Assembly: GCA_902496295.1 (NCBI GenBank)
Contig: CABVAF010000002.1
Coordinates: 131,503 to 195,502, forward strand
Source of the DNA: an uncultured Clostridium sp.
GTDB lineage: Bacteria; Bacillota; Clostridia; TANB77; CAG-508
Direction: 5' to 3'
Length of the DNA stretch: 64,000 bases
Shown: one piece after another, positions 41,338 through 52,130 of the stretch
How the letters are laid out: each line of letters starts with the position of its first letter
How positions within the stretch are numbered: the first letter of the stretch is position 1
Translations under genes and position numbers: made by a program
The notes under the pieces: generated by a model
Seen by the model: only the letters and a program-made list of their open reading frames with translations
Database searches by the model: none
What the model was told of the DNA's origin: nothing

Positions 41338-43365
41338 TTATATTTTTATTTGTTCAAATTCAATTATTACTTTAAACAAATCCCCATCTAAGTAGATATT
41401 AAAGGTGCCTCCCTGTAAAGTTGTAAGGCTAGTTGCAATTGAAAGTCCTAATCCGCTACCTTCCGTATTTCTTGCGCTATCTCCTCTTACAAAACGTTGC
41501 ATTAATTCATCTGTAGATATGTTTAATTTTTCTTTAGATATATTTTTCATTTGTATTGTTATTTTATTATTATTTGGTATTACATCTATATATACTCTTG
41601 TATTTTCCATTGCATATTTAGAAATATTTGAATACATGTTTTCTAAAACTCTATACATATACCTGCTGTCTGCGTTTATATAAACACTTTTCTCTGGCAA
41701 TGACATTACTTCTTCTAGATTTCTTGCTTTAAACTTATCTTCAAATTCTCCAGAAATTTGTTTTAATAATTCATTTACATTTAATTTTTCAATGTTTAAC
41801 TTTATATTTCCAGATGAAGCTTTCGAGGCTTCTACTAAGTCTTCTGTAAGTCTTTTTAACCTTTGAGATTTATTATCTAATATTGTTAAATATTCTCTTG
41901 CTTGTTCATTAGGCAATTCTTCTTTTTTTAATAAATCTACATAGTTTATAATTGAAGTAAGAGGTGTCTTTATATCATGAGATACATTTGTAATTAATTC
42001 TGTCTTCAATCTTTCACTCTTTAGTTTCTCTTGTATTGCATTAGAAAGTCCTCCTGCTATATCATTTACTTGTACTGCAACATCACGTAAAGAACCCTTA
42101 TATCTATTCTCATCTAAATGTACCTCTGTGTTTCCCATATAAATTTGTTTTATTGCATTTTTTATTTCTGCATATCTTACTAACCATTGGTGTATTTTTA
42201 TAAAAGCATATCCCCATACAGCTATAAGTAAAATAACACCTATATTATCTGCTGTTCCAAATCCAATTATATTTACTATTCCAAATACTATAGTTATTAA
42301 TATTAGTTTAACCGTCATGTTTGCATTTTTTGTCATTGATGTTACTAAATTTTTAATCCACCTTATTATTCTATATGTTATTGTATTTCTAAATAAGGTC
42401 TTTGCTTTTATTCTTTTTATAAAAGTTTCTAAAAAGAACACAAAAGATATATATACTATAGTGGCTCCAATTGCTGTTCCCATGAGTATTAGCGTTAAAT
42501 TATCAGATGAAAGCGCTATTAAAAATCCACAACCAATCATTGATAGAATAAATAGTAAAATTAATGCAACAAGCAACGGTGTTCTGTCAAACGAATTTAA
42601 TATAACCTCACCTTTTTCATTTCTTAGTCCTATTAAGAAACAGTTCATTATAATAAGTACTAAGACTGCAACTATACTTATTGGCAATAAATAAAGTGCT
42701 GGTTTATATAGTATTTTTGCCATATCAAATATAATTTTGTTTGTTCTATATTGATCATAATATGTTAAATCGTTTTCTAAACTTGTATATACGCTATAAT
42801 CTCCTTTTTCATTTATACGTTTGTAAATACTCTTATAGCGTATTTCCTCTATTTTTAACTTTTCAATAGAAGTATTAACATTATCTTTTTCATAATTCCA
42901 ATAAATCGTGTTATTAGCTAATCTCTCCTTTATTTCTTCTATTGTATCAGTATTCATTGTATGTTCAACATTTGTATATGCAACAGCATTTTCATTATCT
43001 ACTATTAAATATTTAAAGTTTTTATATTCATAAGATGTCAAATAGTTAATTCTTCCTATTTCATCTCCTATTTGAACATTATCTTGATAATCATCATATG
43101 GTCCATATCTGTTACTTGTATAATAGCTTTCTCCTTCTGGTTCTTCTACTAATATTGATGTTGAATTTATTGCAAAATTATTTATAATAGACGAACCATA
43201 CATATACATAAAATTATCTGTTTCAAAAAAGTTATCTACATCTTGTACCTGCTGGTTTTCACTCCTATAGTATAAACTTAGGGCTGAAAAAATAGATATT
43301 ACAATAAAAATAGGAATTAATATATATCCAATTACTTTAATAAATTCTTTCGTTCTATTCTTCAT
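41338..43365 (-). CDS. Sensor histidine kinase with a large extracytoplasmic N-terminal domain
   Basis: H-box SHDIKTPLTSI and HATPase boxes (NISKYA, GSGLGLSI). It is polytopic: about 200 aa lie between the first TM segment and a TM cluster. Confidence 0.85.
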   Translation of the reverse strand: MKNRTKEFIKVIGYILIPIFIVISIFSALSLYYRSENQQVQDVDNFFETDNFMYMYGSSIINNFAINSTSILVEEPEGESYYTSNRYGPYDDYQDNVQIGDEIGRINYLTSYEYKNFKYLIVDNENAVAYTNVEHTMNTDTIEEIKERLANNTIYWNYEKDNVNTSIEKLKIEEIRYKSIYKRINEKGDYSVYTSLENDLTYYDQYRTNKIIFDMAKILYKPALYLLPISIVAVLVLIIMNCFLIGLRNEKGEVILNSFDRTPLLVALILLFILSMIGCGFLIALSSDNLTLILMGTAIGATIVYISFVFFLETFIKRIKAKTLFRNTITYRIIRWIKNLVTSMTKNANMTVKLILITIVFGIVNIIGFGTADNIGVILLIAVWGYAFIKIHQWLVRYAEIKNAIKQIYMGNTEVHLDENRYKGSLRDVAVQVNDIAGGLSNAIQEKLKSERLKTELITNVSHDIKTPLTSIINYVDLLKKEELPNEQAREYLTILDNKSQRLKRLTEDLVEASKASSGNIKLNIEKLNVNELLKQISGEFEDKFKARNLEEVMSLPEKSVYINADSRYMYRVLENMYSNISKYAMENTRVYIDVIPNNNKITIQMKNISKEKLNISTDELMQRFVRGDSARNTEGSGLGLSIATSLTTLQGGTFNIYLDGDLFKVIIEFEQIKI

Positions 43366-43389
43366 ATCTATTCACCACCTTTTTTTATT

Positions 43390-44100
43390 TTATGCATCTA
43401 AATTTTCTATTTTATAACCTATTCCCCATATAACTTTTAAATATCTTGGTTCTCTAGGGTTTATTTCTATTTTTTCTCTTATATGTCTAATATGTACGGC
43501 TATTATATTCTCTGCTCCATATGCTTCATCTTCCCATACGTTTTCATATATTTGCTCTATAGAATAAACTTTTCCTTTATTTTGTGTTAAAAATCTTAAA
43601 ATATTATATTCTGTAGGAGTAAGTTTAACTTCTCTTTCTCCAACTACTACTTGTTTAGTGTTATCATCAATAATTAAATCTCCAGATTTATACATATTAT
43701 CATTATTATTCATCTTCTCAGCTATAGAACCTAGACTTGTATATCTTCTTATTTGCGAATTTACTCTAGCTATTAATTCTAAAGGATTAAATGGTTTGGT
43801 AATATAGTCATCTGCTCCATTATTTAGCCCTGATATTTTGTCATAATCTTCTGATTTTGCAGATAACATAATTATAGGTATAGCTTTATCTTTTCTTATT
43901 AAGTTTGCTACACTAATTCCGTCTAATTCTGGCATCATTATATCTAATAAAATTAAATGGATATCGTCATTTTCTTTCACTATTTTTAAAGCTTCTCTTC
44001 CGTTATATGCTTTTAAGACATTATATCCTTCTCTTTTTAGATAAATCTCAATAGCTTCTACAATTTCCTTGTCATCATCACAAACTAATATATTATACAT
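43390..44100 (-). CDS. OmpR-family response regulator
   Basis: REC domain (ILVCDDD, LLDIMMP, SAKSE...K) plus a winged helix (IAVHIRHIREKI). Confidence 0.9.
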   Translation of the reverse strand: MYNILVCDDDKEIVEAIEIYLKREGYNVLKAYNGREALKIVKENDDIHLILLDIMMPELDGISVANLIRKDKAIPIIMLSAKSEDYDKISGLNNGADDYITKPFNPLELIARVNSQIRRYTSLGSIAEKMNNNDNMYKSGDLIIDDNTKQVVVGEREVKLTPTEYNILRFLTQNKGKVYSIEQIYENVWEDEAYGAENIIAVHIRHIREKIEINPREPRYLKVIWGIGYKIENLDA

Positions 44101-44240
44101 AAGATTCCCCTTTTCTAACTTTTTAGTTATTAGTCCAATAATACTTCTTTTTTATATTATTTTATACGCTTATTACTATAGCATATTTTTATTAAGAAAA
44201 CAGACAGTCTTTATTAATTTTTTATTAATAATTTACAATT

Positions 44241-45446
44241 CTATTTTTCTTCCTTATTTGCATCTTCATCTACAGACACAACTTTTTTAATATTTTTTCC
44301 TTTTATGACTTCTTTTCTTCCATTATTTCTATATTCTATAAACTCTTCTACAAGTAATTTTATAACAGCCATAATAGGTACAGCTAAGAACATTCCAAGT
44401 ACTCCAAAATATGCTCCTCCAACAGTTACTGCGAATATTACTAGTAATGGACTCATTTTTAATGAACTTCCAACAATTTTTGGATTAATTATATTAGCAT
44501 CTATTTGTTGCAATACAATTACTACAATAGCCATAATTATAGCCTGACCAATACCTCCTGTAAATATTGTTATAATTACAGCTACTATAACAGCAATTAT
44601 AGCTCCAAAATATGGAATTAAATTAAATAATCCTATCATAAATCCTAATAAAACTGCATATCTTACGCCTATTATAGACATTGCTATAGATACTAAAATT
44701 CCTACAATAATAGCATCTAAAAATTGGCTTGCTAAAAATTTAAAAAATATTTCATTTGATCTATTAAAGTATTCTCCTACTTTTAAATATGTATCCTTCT
44801 TAAATATAGCTCTTGATAATCTTTTTAAAAAGTTTAATATTTGCTTTCTTTCAACAAGTATATATACAGAAACTACAAAGGCTACAAATGCGTTGAATAT
44901 ACCAGTTACAATATTAAATGCACCTTTTAGATAATTTACAATACTTTCTAAACTTGTAAATCTTTCTAAATCTATATCTTGTATTTTTGCAATTGCATTT
45001 GTTATAATATCGCTCTTTAAAAATGATTCAGCAGGAAGCTGGTCTATAGCCTGCAAAGTAGCATTATAATAATTCTGAATATTATTTACAAATTCTATTG
45101 CACTATCTATAATAGCTGGAATTACAAATGTAAGTGCTATAACAATTATTAAAAGTGCAATTATATATACTGTTGCCACAGATAGTACTCTTGCATGTTT
45201 ATTTATAAATCTCTTTCTCTTAGTCTTTTTAAATAAATTTTCTATTCCTCTGCATGGCATATATAATAAATATGCTATTAATAGCCCTACTAAAAATGGC
45301 GCCAGTACAGAAAATAGCGTTCTAATCCATTCCCCTATTTGAGTAAAGTTATCTAATAATTTGTAAACCAAAATTAGCAATAACCCTACTGTAAAAATAG
45401 CTATCCAACTTTTCCAATTTTCACTTTTTTTCTCTTTACTATTCAT
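44241..45446 (-). CDS. AI-2E family transporter (UPF0118/PerM-like)
   Basis: Polytopic membrane protein with a conserved C-terminal region (NLIPYFGAIIA, GVLGMFLAVP). Confidence 0.75.
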   Translation of the reverse strand: MNSKEKKSENWKSWIAIFTVGLLLILVYKLLDNFTQIGEWIRTLFSVLAPFLVGLLIAYLLYMPCRGIENLFKKTKRKRFINKHARVLSVATVYIIALLIIVIALTFVIPAIIDSAIEFVNNIQNYYNATLQAIDQLPAESFLKSDIITNAIAKIQDIDLERFTSLESIVNYLKGAFNIVTGIFNAFVAFVVSVYILVERKQILNFLKRLSRAIFKKDTYLKVGEYFNRSNEIFFKFLASQFLDAIIVGILVSIAMSIIGVRYAVLLGFMIGLFNLIPYFGAIIAVIVAVIITIFTGGIGQAIIMAIVVIVLQQIDANIINPKIVGSSLKMSPLLVIFAVTVGGAYFGVLGMFLAVPIMAVIKLLVEEFIEYRNNGRKEVIKGKNIKKVVSVDEDANKEEK

Positions 45447-45510
45447 AACTTAAACCTTTCTATATTTAAAACATTTATTTTCAATACATTAATATATAAA
45501 GCTTTATATA

Positions 45511-46278
45511 CTACAAATCTATATCTAATTCTATTGGACAATGGTCACTTCCATATATGTCTGAATGAATTGAACTCTCTTTAATTTTACTTTCAATTGA
45601 TTTAGAAACTATAAAATAGTCAATTCTCCAACCTACATTTTTCTCTCTTGCATGAAACATATATGACCACCAGGTATATGAATCTTCTTTATTAGGATAT
45701 AAAAATCTAAACGTGTCTACAAAACCAGCACTTAATAGCTCCGTCATTTTAGTTCTTTCTTCGATTGTAAAGCCAGCATTTCTTGTATTTGTCTTTGGAT
45801 TTTTTAAGTCTATTTCCTCATGAGCTACATTTAAGTCCCCACAATATACTACAGGCTTTTTTTTATCTAAATTAGATAAATAATTTCTAATTTCATCTTC
45901 CCACACTTGCCTATAATCCAGTCTTTCTAGTTCTCTTTTAGAATTTGGTGTATAACAATCCACTAAATAAAAATTGTCAAACTCTAATGTTATTATTCTT
46001 CCTTCTTGGTCATGTTCCTTCTTTCCAATTCCGTATGTAACATTAATTGGCTTTTTCTTAGTAAACACAGCTGTTCCCGAATATCCTTTTTTTACAGCGC
46101 TATTCCAGTAAGAATAATAGCCATTAAATATATTATTTATTTCTTCTGTAATTTGGTCTTCCTGCATCTTAGTTTCCTGTATAGAAAATATATTTGCATC
46201 TATTTCTTTAAAAAATTTATCAAATCCTTTCGTCATAGCAGCTCTTAATCCATTTACATTCCATGATATTAGTTTCAT
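45511..46278 (-). CDS. xth: Exodeoxyribonuclease III
   Basis: MKLISWNVNGLRAA start, QETK, GDLNVAH and SDHCP motifs. SD AAAGGAAAG lies upstream of the ATG at 46278. Confidence 0.9.
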   Translation of the reverse strand: MKLISWNVNGLRAAMTKGFDKFFKEIDANIFSIQETKMQEDQITEEINNIFNGYYSYWNSAVKKGYSGTAVFTKKKPINVTYGIGKKEHDQEGRIITLEFDNFYLVDCYTPNSKRELERLDYRQVWEDEIRNYLSNLDKKKPVVYCGDLNVAHEEIDLKNPKTNTRNAGFTIEERTKMTELLSAGFVDTFRFLYPNKEDSYTWWSYMFHAREKNVGWRIDYFIVSKSIESKIKESSIHSDIYGSDHCPIELDIDL

Positions 46279-46387
46279 ATTATTTCTTTCCTTTCTATAA
46301 TATAATGTTTTATTTATTTTTAATGTATATAAAACAATTTTAATTAAGTCTAGTATAATTTTATTTTTACAATTACAAAACAAAAAA

Positions 46388-46403
46388 GCGACCTTATGGT
46401 CGC
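46388..46403 (-). terminator. Terminator of the 46414..47418 gene
   Basis: GC stem gcgacc-ttat-ggtcgc, followed by TTTTTT on the minus strand. Confidence 0.8.
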
Positions 46404-46413
46404 CTTTGTTATA

Positions 46414-47418
46414 TTATTTAGTATTAAAGTACCAGTTACCACCTATATTAACACTTCCTGAAGTTTGATATCCTCTAAAGCTTAAATAGTTGTGGTTTCT
46501 TTTACCATTTAATGCATCTAATACTGCTTGTTTTACATAGCTTGGATAATTTCCGTTTAATCTCTTTTTCCAATGGCTATCTATTGAATAGCAGAATTGG
46601 TTTGGCGCCATATATTGACTTAATGGGTCTGAACCATATTTTTTCCATCTACTACTTTCAGCTCTGTTTGCAGCACATGTTATAACTGCTAATGCTCCAT
46701 TATAACTAGAACCACATTCTTGTGCAGTAATAGCACATAGTAGGTCTAATTCAGAAGATGAATATGACCACTTTCCGCCACTATATCTTACAGAAGCACT
46801 TCTTGAAACTGTTTGTTTTTGTCTTACTTCTATAATTTTATCTACTGGCTCTTTTATAACTTTTTCTGATAATTTTATTTTTTCTATTTCTTTGTCGTTT
46901 TGATATTTAACTTTATAAGTTATCTCTTTAAGTCCGTCTTTACCTTCTTGTACAACTTTGTCTTGCTTTTGACTAGCACCTGATGAAACATCTTTCTTTA
47001 CTGTTTCAAATGGTATTTTAACTTGTTCTGTAATTATTTTTTCTACTATATTATCATATGATGCTAAAACTTCTTCTGCAGTAATATTTTGTGAACTTTC
47101 TACCTCTTCGGCTTCTTCTACTACTTCTTCTGTTTCTTTTGTAATTCTTATTGTTTTGTTATCTGTTAGTTCAGAATTTTTATCTGGTACTGTCTTTTCA
47201 TCTTCTAATAATATAATATGATTTTCATCTAATATTTCTGATACTTTTGTTTTAGTAGTTAATACATTCATTTCATAACCACTAGCTAGTATAATTTTAA
47301 CATTAGTTGGTTGTACGTTTCCTGCAAGTACTGTTGCACTTGTTACAAAAAGTATAAATACTAAACTAATTATTAAAACTTTTTTCAGAGATATTGATGC
47401 TTTATCGTTATTTTTCAT
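46414..47418 (-). CDS. Secreted cell-wall hydrolase: DUF348/G5-type N-terminal modules plus a SleB-type (Hydrolase_2) catalytic domain
   Basis: The C-terminus LLCAITAQECG...ALAVITCAANR...APNQFCY matches the SleB-type hydrolase pattern. AAGGAGG SD lies upstream of the ATG at 47418. Confidence 0.65.
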   Translation of the reverse strand: MKNNDKASISLKKVLIISLVFILFVTSATVLAGNVQPTNVKIILASGYEMNVLTTKTKVSEILDENHIILLEDEKTVPDKNSELTDNKTIRITKETEEVVEEAEEVESSQNITAEEVLASYDNIVEKIITEQVKIPFETVKKDVSSGASQKQDKVVQEGKDGLKEITYKVKYQNDKEIEKIKLSEKVIKEPVDKIIEVRQKQTVSRSASVRYSGGKWSYSSSELDLLCAITAQECGSSYNGALAVITCAANRAESSRWKKYGSDPLSQYMAPNQFCYSIDSHWKKRLNGNYPSYVKQAVLDALNGKRNHNYLSFRGYQTSGSVNIGGNWYFNTK

Positions 47419-47615
47419 AGAAAATTTTTCCTCCTTTAAAAGCAACATGTTTATTATAACATCTATTTCTTTTTTTGTCAAATTTTGTACAATTTTCTAA
47501 CTCTTTACTCCTACAAGCATCTTGCTTTTTTGCCTATTTGTCTAAACGTTACAAGCCCCTATATTAATAATATATGAGGCTTGTACTTAAAATATTACTA
47601 TTTTTTATAACTTTT

Positions 47616-48101
47616 TTAGTTAGGCATGATATTAATAACTTCTTTTACTGAATTTTCAGTGGTTTCATGGTTAGTTTTAGTATCTGTATTATCTACAATA
47701 TTTGTAACATCTATATTTTCATCATTTATTTCTACATCTATGCCTGTGATATCTTGAAGTGTCCCAGGTGCATAACCAGCTTTATACTGTAAAAACCATG
47801 TTCCAATATCTACTATATCCATTCTACTTCTAGGATATTTAATAATTTTATAACCTAATCCTAAATATTCTTGTGTACCACCATCTAGATACGTACCTAT
47901 TTTAAATGAAAATATAGGATTTTTATCATTTTCTAACCTAGATTTGTCAATACTCCCCAAAATTATACTTAAAACTATAAGTATATTAATTACTGCCAAA
48001 GTTGCAATTACTCTCTTTAATACTTTTTCTTTAGTATTAGGTTTTTCCGTGAATTCATTTTTCACTTTATTATTTAGATCCTTTTCTAATCTTTTCTCCA
48101 T
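47616..48101 (-). CDS. Hypothetical membrane-anchored protein
   Basis: ORF with one TM segment (VIATLAVINILIVLSIILG). No family recognised. Confidence 0.45.
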   Translation of the reverse strand: MEKRLEKDLNNKVKNEFTEKPNTKEKVLKRVIATLAVINILIVLSIILGSIDKSRLENDKNPIFSFKIGTYLDGGTQEYLGLGYKIIKYPRSRMDIVDIGTWFLQYKAGYAPGTLQDITGIDVEINDENIDVTNIVDNTDTKTNHETTENSVKEVINIMPN

Positions 48102-48296
48102 AATTATCCACCTTTTATCATATAATAATTAATTAATATTAATGTATATAATTTTATGATTTATTATTTTTCTTTCATAATATATTAAATTTACATTATT
48201 TGCAATATAATAATACACAATAATTTCACATTTTTCTCTTGTAAACATCATATTTATATGCTATTATTAAATTAAATTTTTATAGGAGGATACAGT

Positions 48297-48851
48297 ATGG
48301 TAGCACTTTGGATTATATTAGGTATTATCGCTGTCTTAGTTATTGCTGTTATTGTAATTTATAACAATTTAGTAACTTTAAGACAAAGAGTAAAAAACGC
48401 TTGGAGCCAAATTGATGTACAATTGCAAAGAAGATTTGACTTGATTCCTAACTTAGTTGAGACAGTTAAAGGCTATATGGAACATGAAAAAGAAGTATTA
48501 ACTAAAGTTACAGACTTAAGAAGTTCTTGGTCGCAAGCACAAACAGTTGCTGAAAAAGCTAGCTTAGACAATCAACTTTCTGAAACTTTAAAAACTATTA
48601 TGGCTGTTTCAGAAAACTATCCTAACTTAAAAGCAAACCAAAACTTTTCTGAATTACAAGCAGAATTAACAGCAACAGAGAATAAGATTGCCTATTCTAG
48701 ACAATTTTATAATGATAGTGTAACTAGATTAAACACAAAACTAGAAACTTTCCCATCAAATGTTATTGCATCTATGTTCCACTTTAAAGCAGAAGATTTA
48801 TTCGTTGTTGATAATGAAGAAGCTAAGAAAAATGTAAAAGTAGATTTTTAA
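48297..48851 (+). CDS. lemA: LemA family protein
   Basis: N-terminal TM segment plus LemA motifs ([29 protein letters not shown]). It pairs with the downstream htpX. Confidence 0.85.
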   Translation: MVALWIILGIIAVLVIAVIVIYNNLVTLRQRVKNAWSQIDVQLQRRFDLIPNLVETVKGYMEHEKEVLTKVTDLRSSWSQAQTVAEKASLDNQLSETLKTIMAVSENYPNLKANQNFSELQAELTATENKIAYSRQFYNDSVTRLNTKLETFPSNVIASMFHFKAEDLFVVDNEEAKKNVKVDF

Positions 48852-48912
48852 AACACAATGCACAAAGTAATAATCTTCTTTGTGCATTAATTTTATTAAA
48901 GGGTTGATAATT

Positions 48913-49809
48913 ATGTATGAAGATATAACTAAAAATAAAATAAAAACTGGTGTAATAATTAGCATTTTTATTGTTGTAATTACATTAATTGTTTATTATA
49001 TATGTATGGCATTCGATTTAGGCACTTTTTCAATTGTAATTGCATTAATGTTCTCGATAATATCTGCATGGAGCTCATACTACTATAGTGATAAAATAAT
49101 CTTGTCTTTTAATAAAGCTAGACCTGCGACCGAAGAAGAAGACGCAAAGTTAATTGATATTCTAGATGGTCTTATGGTTTCTTCTGGATTAGAATATCGA
49201 CCAAGATTATATGTTGTAGATGACCCTCAACCAAATGCATTTGCAACAGGTAGAAATCCAAAAAATTCTGTAATTTGTGTAACAACCGGTCTTTTAAATA
49301 AACTTGATTATTATGAATTAGAAGGTGTTGTAGCACATGAACTTTCACATATAAAAAATTACGATATTCGTTTGTCTGCTGTTGTAACTGTAATGGTTGG
49401 ATTTATAGTAATGCTTTCAGATTTTGTCTCTAGAATATTATTCTGGGGCGGCGGAAAATCTAGTGATAGTGACAGTAAAGGCGGAAATCCTATCTTGATG
49501 ATTATTGGATTAGTTTGCTTAATTTTAGCTCCTATATTTGGAGAACTTATGAAACTTGCTCTTTCTAGAAGAAGAGAATATTTAGCAGATGCCTCTGCTG
49601 TTGAACTTACAAGAAACCCAGATGGATTAATTTCAGCATTAGAAAAAATTTCTTCTAATCCTGCCCAGTTAAAAACTGCTAACAAAGCTACAGCTAATAT
49701 GTATATAGTAAATCCATTTAGAAGAAATAGAAGGAAAAAGCAAAGCAATATTTGGTCAACACACCCTGCCACAGAAGATAGAATAGAGGCAATTAGGAAT
49801 TTAAAATAA
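48913..49809 (+). CDS. htpX: M48 zinc metalloprotease HtpX homologue
   Basis: HELSHIKNYD (HExxH) motif, four TM segments and NAFATG. The start is taken at MYEDITKNK. Confidence 0.85.
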   Translation: MYEDITKNKIKTGVIISIFIVVITLIVYYICMAFDLGTFSIVIALMFSIISAWSSYYYSDKIILSFNKARPATEEEDAKLIDILDGLMVSSGLEYRPRLYVVDDPQPNAFATGRNPKNSVICVTTGLLNKLDYYELEGVVAHELSHIKNYDIRLSAVVTVMVGFIVMLSDFVSRILFWGGGKSSDSDSKGGNPILMIIGLVCLILAPIFGELMKLALSRRREYLADASAVELTRNPDGLISALEKISSNPAQLKTANKATANMYIVNPFRRNRRKKQSNIWSTHPATEDRIEAIRNLK

Positions 49810-49827
49810 AATATTTTGTAAGAATAG

Positions 49828-49856
49828 GTACCAAGATGTCTTGGTGCTTATTTTTT
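49828..49856 (+). terminator. Terminator of lemA-htpX
   Basis: 8-bp stem gtaccaag / cttggtgc (one G-T pair), loop atgt, then TTATTTTTT. Confidence 0.7.
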
Positions 49857-49957
49857 GAACCTTTTTGAGTATAGTAACATAAACTTTCATAATTAGACAG
49901 ATATTGATATTATTTTTATACTATGCTAATATAAATTTATAGAAAGGGGGATTACAA

Positions 49958-50617
49958 ATGAAAGCAAAAAAAGTTTTACTAATTATTCTATGTATTTTAC
50001 TTATTCTTGTTGCAATATGGGCTATTAGAGAGTTTATTGTATGGAATGACTTTGGTTTAAGTAAAGACAACCCTATGTCGAGGGAAGAAGTGCTTGACTT
50101 ATTAGAAAGGGGAAGTGAATATCAAAATTATTATTGTTCATATACTGACAATTCTAACTCTAGCTATAAAGTATACGTAAAAGATAATACTTATCGTATT
50201 AATCGAGATAATGAATTAATGATGTGGGTAAATTATAATACTAATGAATCAATAACAGTCTTTAAGACAGCAGAAAATACTATTGCTGGAATAAATAAAG
50301 AAGCTTATAAAGAAAAATATTTCCAAGCATTATTAAGTTATAGCCCTGTAACTGAATATGATTACAAATACTTAGGAGAAAAGGAACAGGATGGTAGACA
50401 AGTTATTTATATAGAATTAAATAATGATGGCTATATTGAAAAATACATAATTGATAAAGAAACTGGTCTTATAGTAAATAAAATAAATTATTATAGAAGA
50501 TTTTTAATATTCACCGTAAAAAGTGAGTCAAAAGAAGATATTAAATTAGATGTAGTTACAGATGAAGATGTTGCCAGACCAGATTTAAGTGGTTATACAG
50601 TTTTAGAAAATGAATAG
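49958..50617 (+). CDS. Hypothetical membrane-anchored protein
   Basis: GGGGG-containing SD, N-terminal TM segment (LLIILCILLILVAIWAI), beta-rich ectodomain. No family recognised. Confidence 0.5.
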   Translation: MKAKKVLLIILCILLILVAIWAIREFIVWNDFGLSKDNPMSREEVLDLLERGSEYQNYYCSYTDNSNSSYKVYVKDNTYRINRDNELMMWVNYNTNESITVFKTAENTIAGINKEAYKEKYFQALLSYSPVTEYDYKYLGEKEQDGRQVIYIELNNDGYIEKYIIDKETGLIVNKINYYRRFLIFTVKSESKEDIKLDVVTDEDVARPDLSGYTVLENE

Positions 50618-50658
50618 ATTATAAACTATAAGATAAACAGTGAATAAATTTATAAGAT

Positions 50659-50706
50659 ATACCCAATAGAATAGATACTAAAAAAAAGTTCCTTTCTATT
50701 GGGTAT
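50659..50706. terminator. Bidirectional terminator between convergent genes
   Basis: 13-bp perfect arms atacccaatagaa / ttctattgggtat with a 22-nt loop. Confidence 0.55.
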
Positions 50707-50767
50707 ATTTTATATATATTTTTTTAATACATATATTATATTATAATTCTAACTTAAATAAATGAGT

Positions 50768-51550
50768 TTATTTCAAATTATATAGTCTCTCTGCATTTTC
50801 AAATGTTATTTTTTTTACCTCTTCCACAGAAATATTTTTTACACTTGCTATCTTTTCTGCAATATAAACTAAATTTCTAGAATCATTTCTTTTTCCTCTA
50901 TTAGGTTCTGGAGATAAATATGGACTATCTGTCTCTATTAATAATCTATCATTTGGTATCATCTCTATAATTTCATTTGCATTTTTAGAATTTTTAAAAG
51001 TTACAACTCCTGCAAGAGATATATAAAATCCAAGTTCTAATCCTTGTTTTACTAATTCTCTATTTAGAGGGCAACAATGAAATACACCTGGTCTAACAAC
51101 TTTTGCTATATTTCTTAATATATTTAGAGTGTCGTCAACCGCTTCTCTAGTATGTATTACAATAGGTAAATTCATTTTATTCGCTAGTTTTATTTGCTCT
51201 ATAAATGCATATTTTTGAAGTTCCTTATTTTCTTTATTCCAATAATAATCTAAGCCAATTTCTCCAATTGCTACTACTTTTTCACTGCTCTTAGCAATTT
51301 CTTTTATTTGTTCTAATTGTATATCTAATTCTTCTTTGCCTTCTGGAATATCATTAGGAGAAATTCCACAAGTTGCATAAATAAAATTATACTTTTCTGC
51401 TAATTCTATAGCTTGTTTAGAACTTTCCACACTATATCCTGCATTTACAACTTTAGTTACACCAAAATTATATACATTATTTATAACTTCTTCTCTATCT
51501 TCGTCAAATTTCTCGTCATTATAATGTGCATGTTGTTCAAAAAAACTCAT
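50768..51550 (-). CDS. tatD: TatD family metal-dependent hydrolase/DNase
   Basis: HAH opening, EIGLDY, VIHTR and ETDSPYL motifs. Confidence 0.85.
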   Translation of the reverse strand: MSFFEQHAHYNDEKFDEDREEVINNVYNFGVTKVVNAGYSVESSKQAIELAEKYNFIYATCGISPNDIPEGKEELDIQLEQIKEIAKSSEKVVAIGEIGLDYYWNKENKELQKYAFIEQIKLANKMNLPIVIHTREAVDDTLNILRNIAKVVRPGVFHCCPLNRELVKQGLELGFYISLAGVVTFKNSKNANEIIEMIPNDRLLIETDSPYLSPEPNRGKRNDSRNLVYIAEKIASVKNISVEEVKKITFENAERLYNLK

Positions 51551-51605
51551 TTAAAACTCCTCTTTTCCACATTTCCGTAAGAAATGCCTGTGTTATTTCC
51601 ACAAT

Positions 51606-51992
51606 TTATTCATTTATTAACAATACAAAACTTGCTACTGCATATTCTTTAATATGTGAAATACTTAAATCTATACTAAATTTGTCTGAATTTAAAAAAT
51701 CTAAAGCTCCATCAAATTCAACTATAGGTTTTCCACTTTTCTCATTTTTTACAATAATATTTTTCCAAATATCTTCTTTATTACCTGGTAATAAATCCGA
51801 AATTGCTTTAAACACCGCTTCTTTAGCTGCAAATCTTGCTGCGTAATGTTGATATTTCATCTTATTTGTACTTTCACAAAATTCTATTTCTTGTTTTGCA
51901 TACACTCTGTTTAGAAACAATGCTTTGCTTTTTTCTATGGCTTCTTGTATCCTATTAACTTCTATTATATCAATTCCTGTTTTTATTTTCAT
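51606..51992 (-). CDS. acpS: Holo-[acyl-carrier-protein] synthase
   Basis: GIDIIEVNRI, FAAKEA and SISH motifs, 128 aa. Confidence 0.85.
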   Translation of the reverse strand: MKIKTGIDIIEVNRIQEAIEKSKALFLNRVYAKQEIEFCESTNKMKYQHYAARFAAKEAVFKAISDLLPGNKEDIWKNIIVKNEKSGKPIVEFDGALDFLNSDKFSIDLSISHIKEYAVASFVLLINE

Positions 51993-52130
51993 TTATACCT
52001 CTATAAAATCTTATATTTTTTTACACTTTTATATTTTAAATCACATTTTTTTAGCTTAAATTCCATGATATTTAGCTTTATAATTTGTGTTTTCTTATAC
52101 TAATATATATGCACTTTTCAAGCTATTGGC

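Noticed and set aside
46279-46383. N-terminal extensions in the track ORFs of xth (46279-46383), lepB (17610-17666), the SleB-type hydrolase (47419-47481), the ydcC-like gene (4035-4070), the WG-repeat gene (55039-55050), cwlD (34008-34013), mazF (3274-3282) and the ATP-grasp gene (32143-32154).
   Set aside because: In each case an internal ATG has a clear SD at 5-11 nt and yields the conserved family N-terminus. The upstream codons have no SD or lie within the SD itself.
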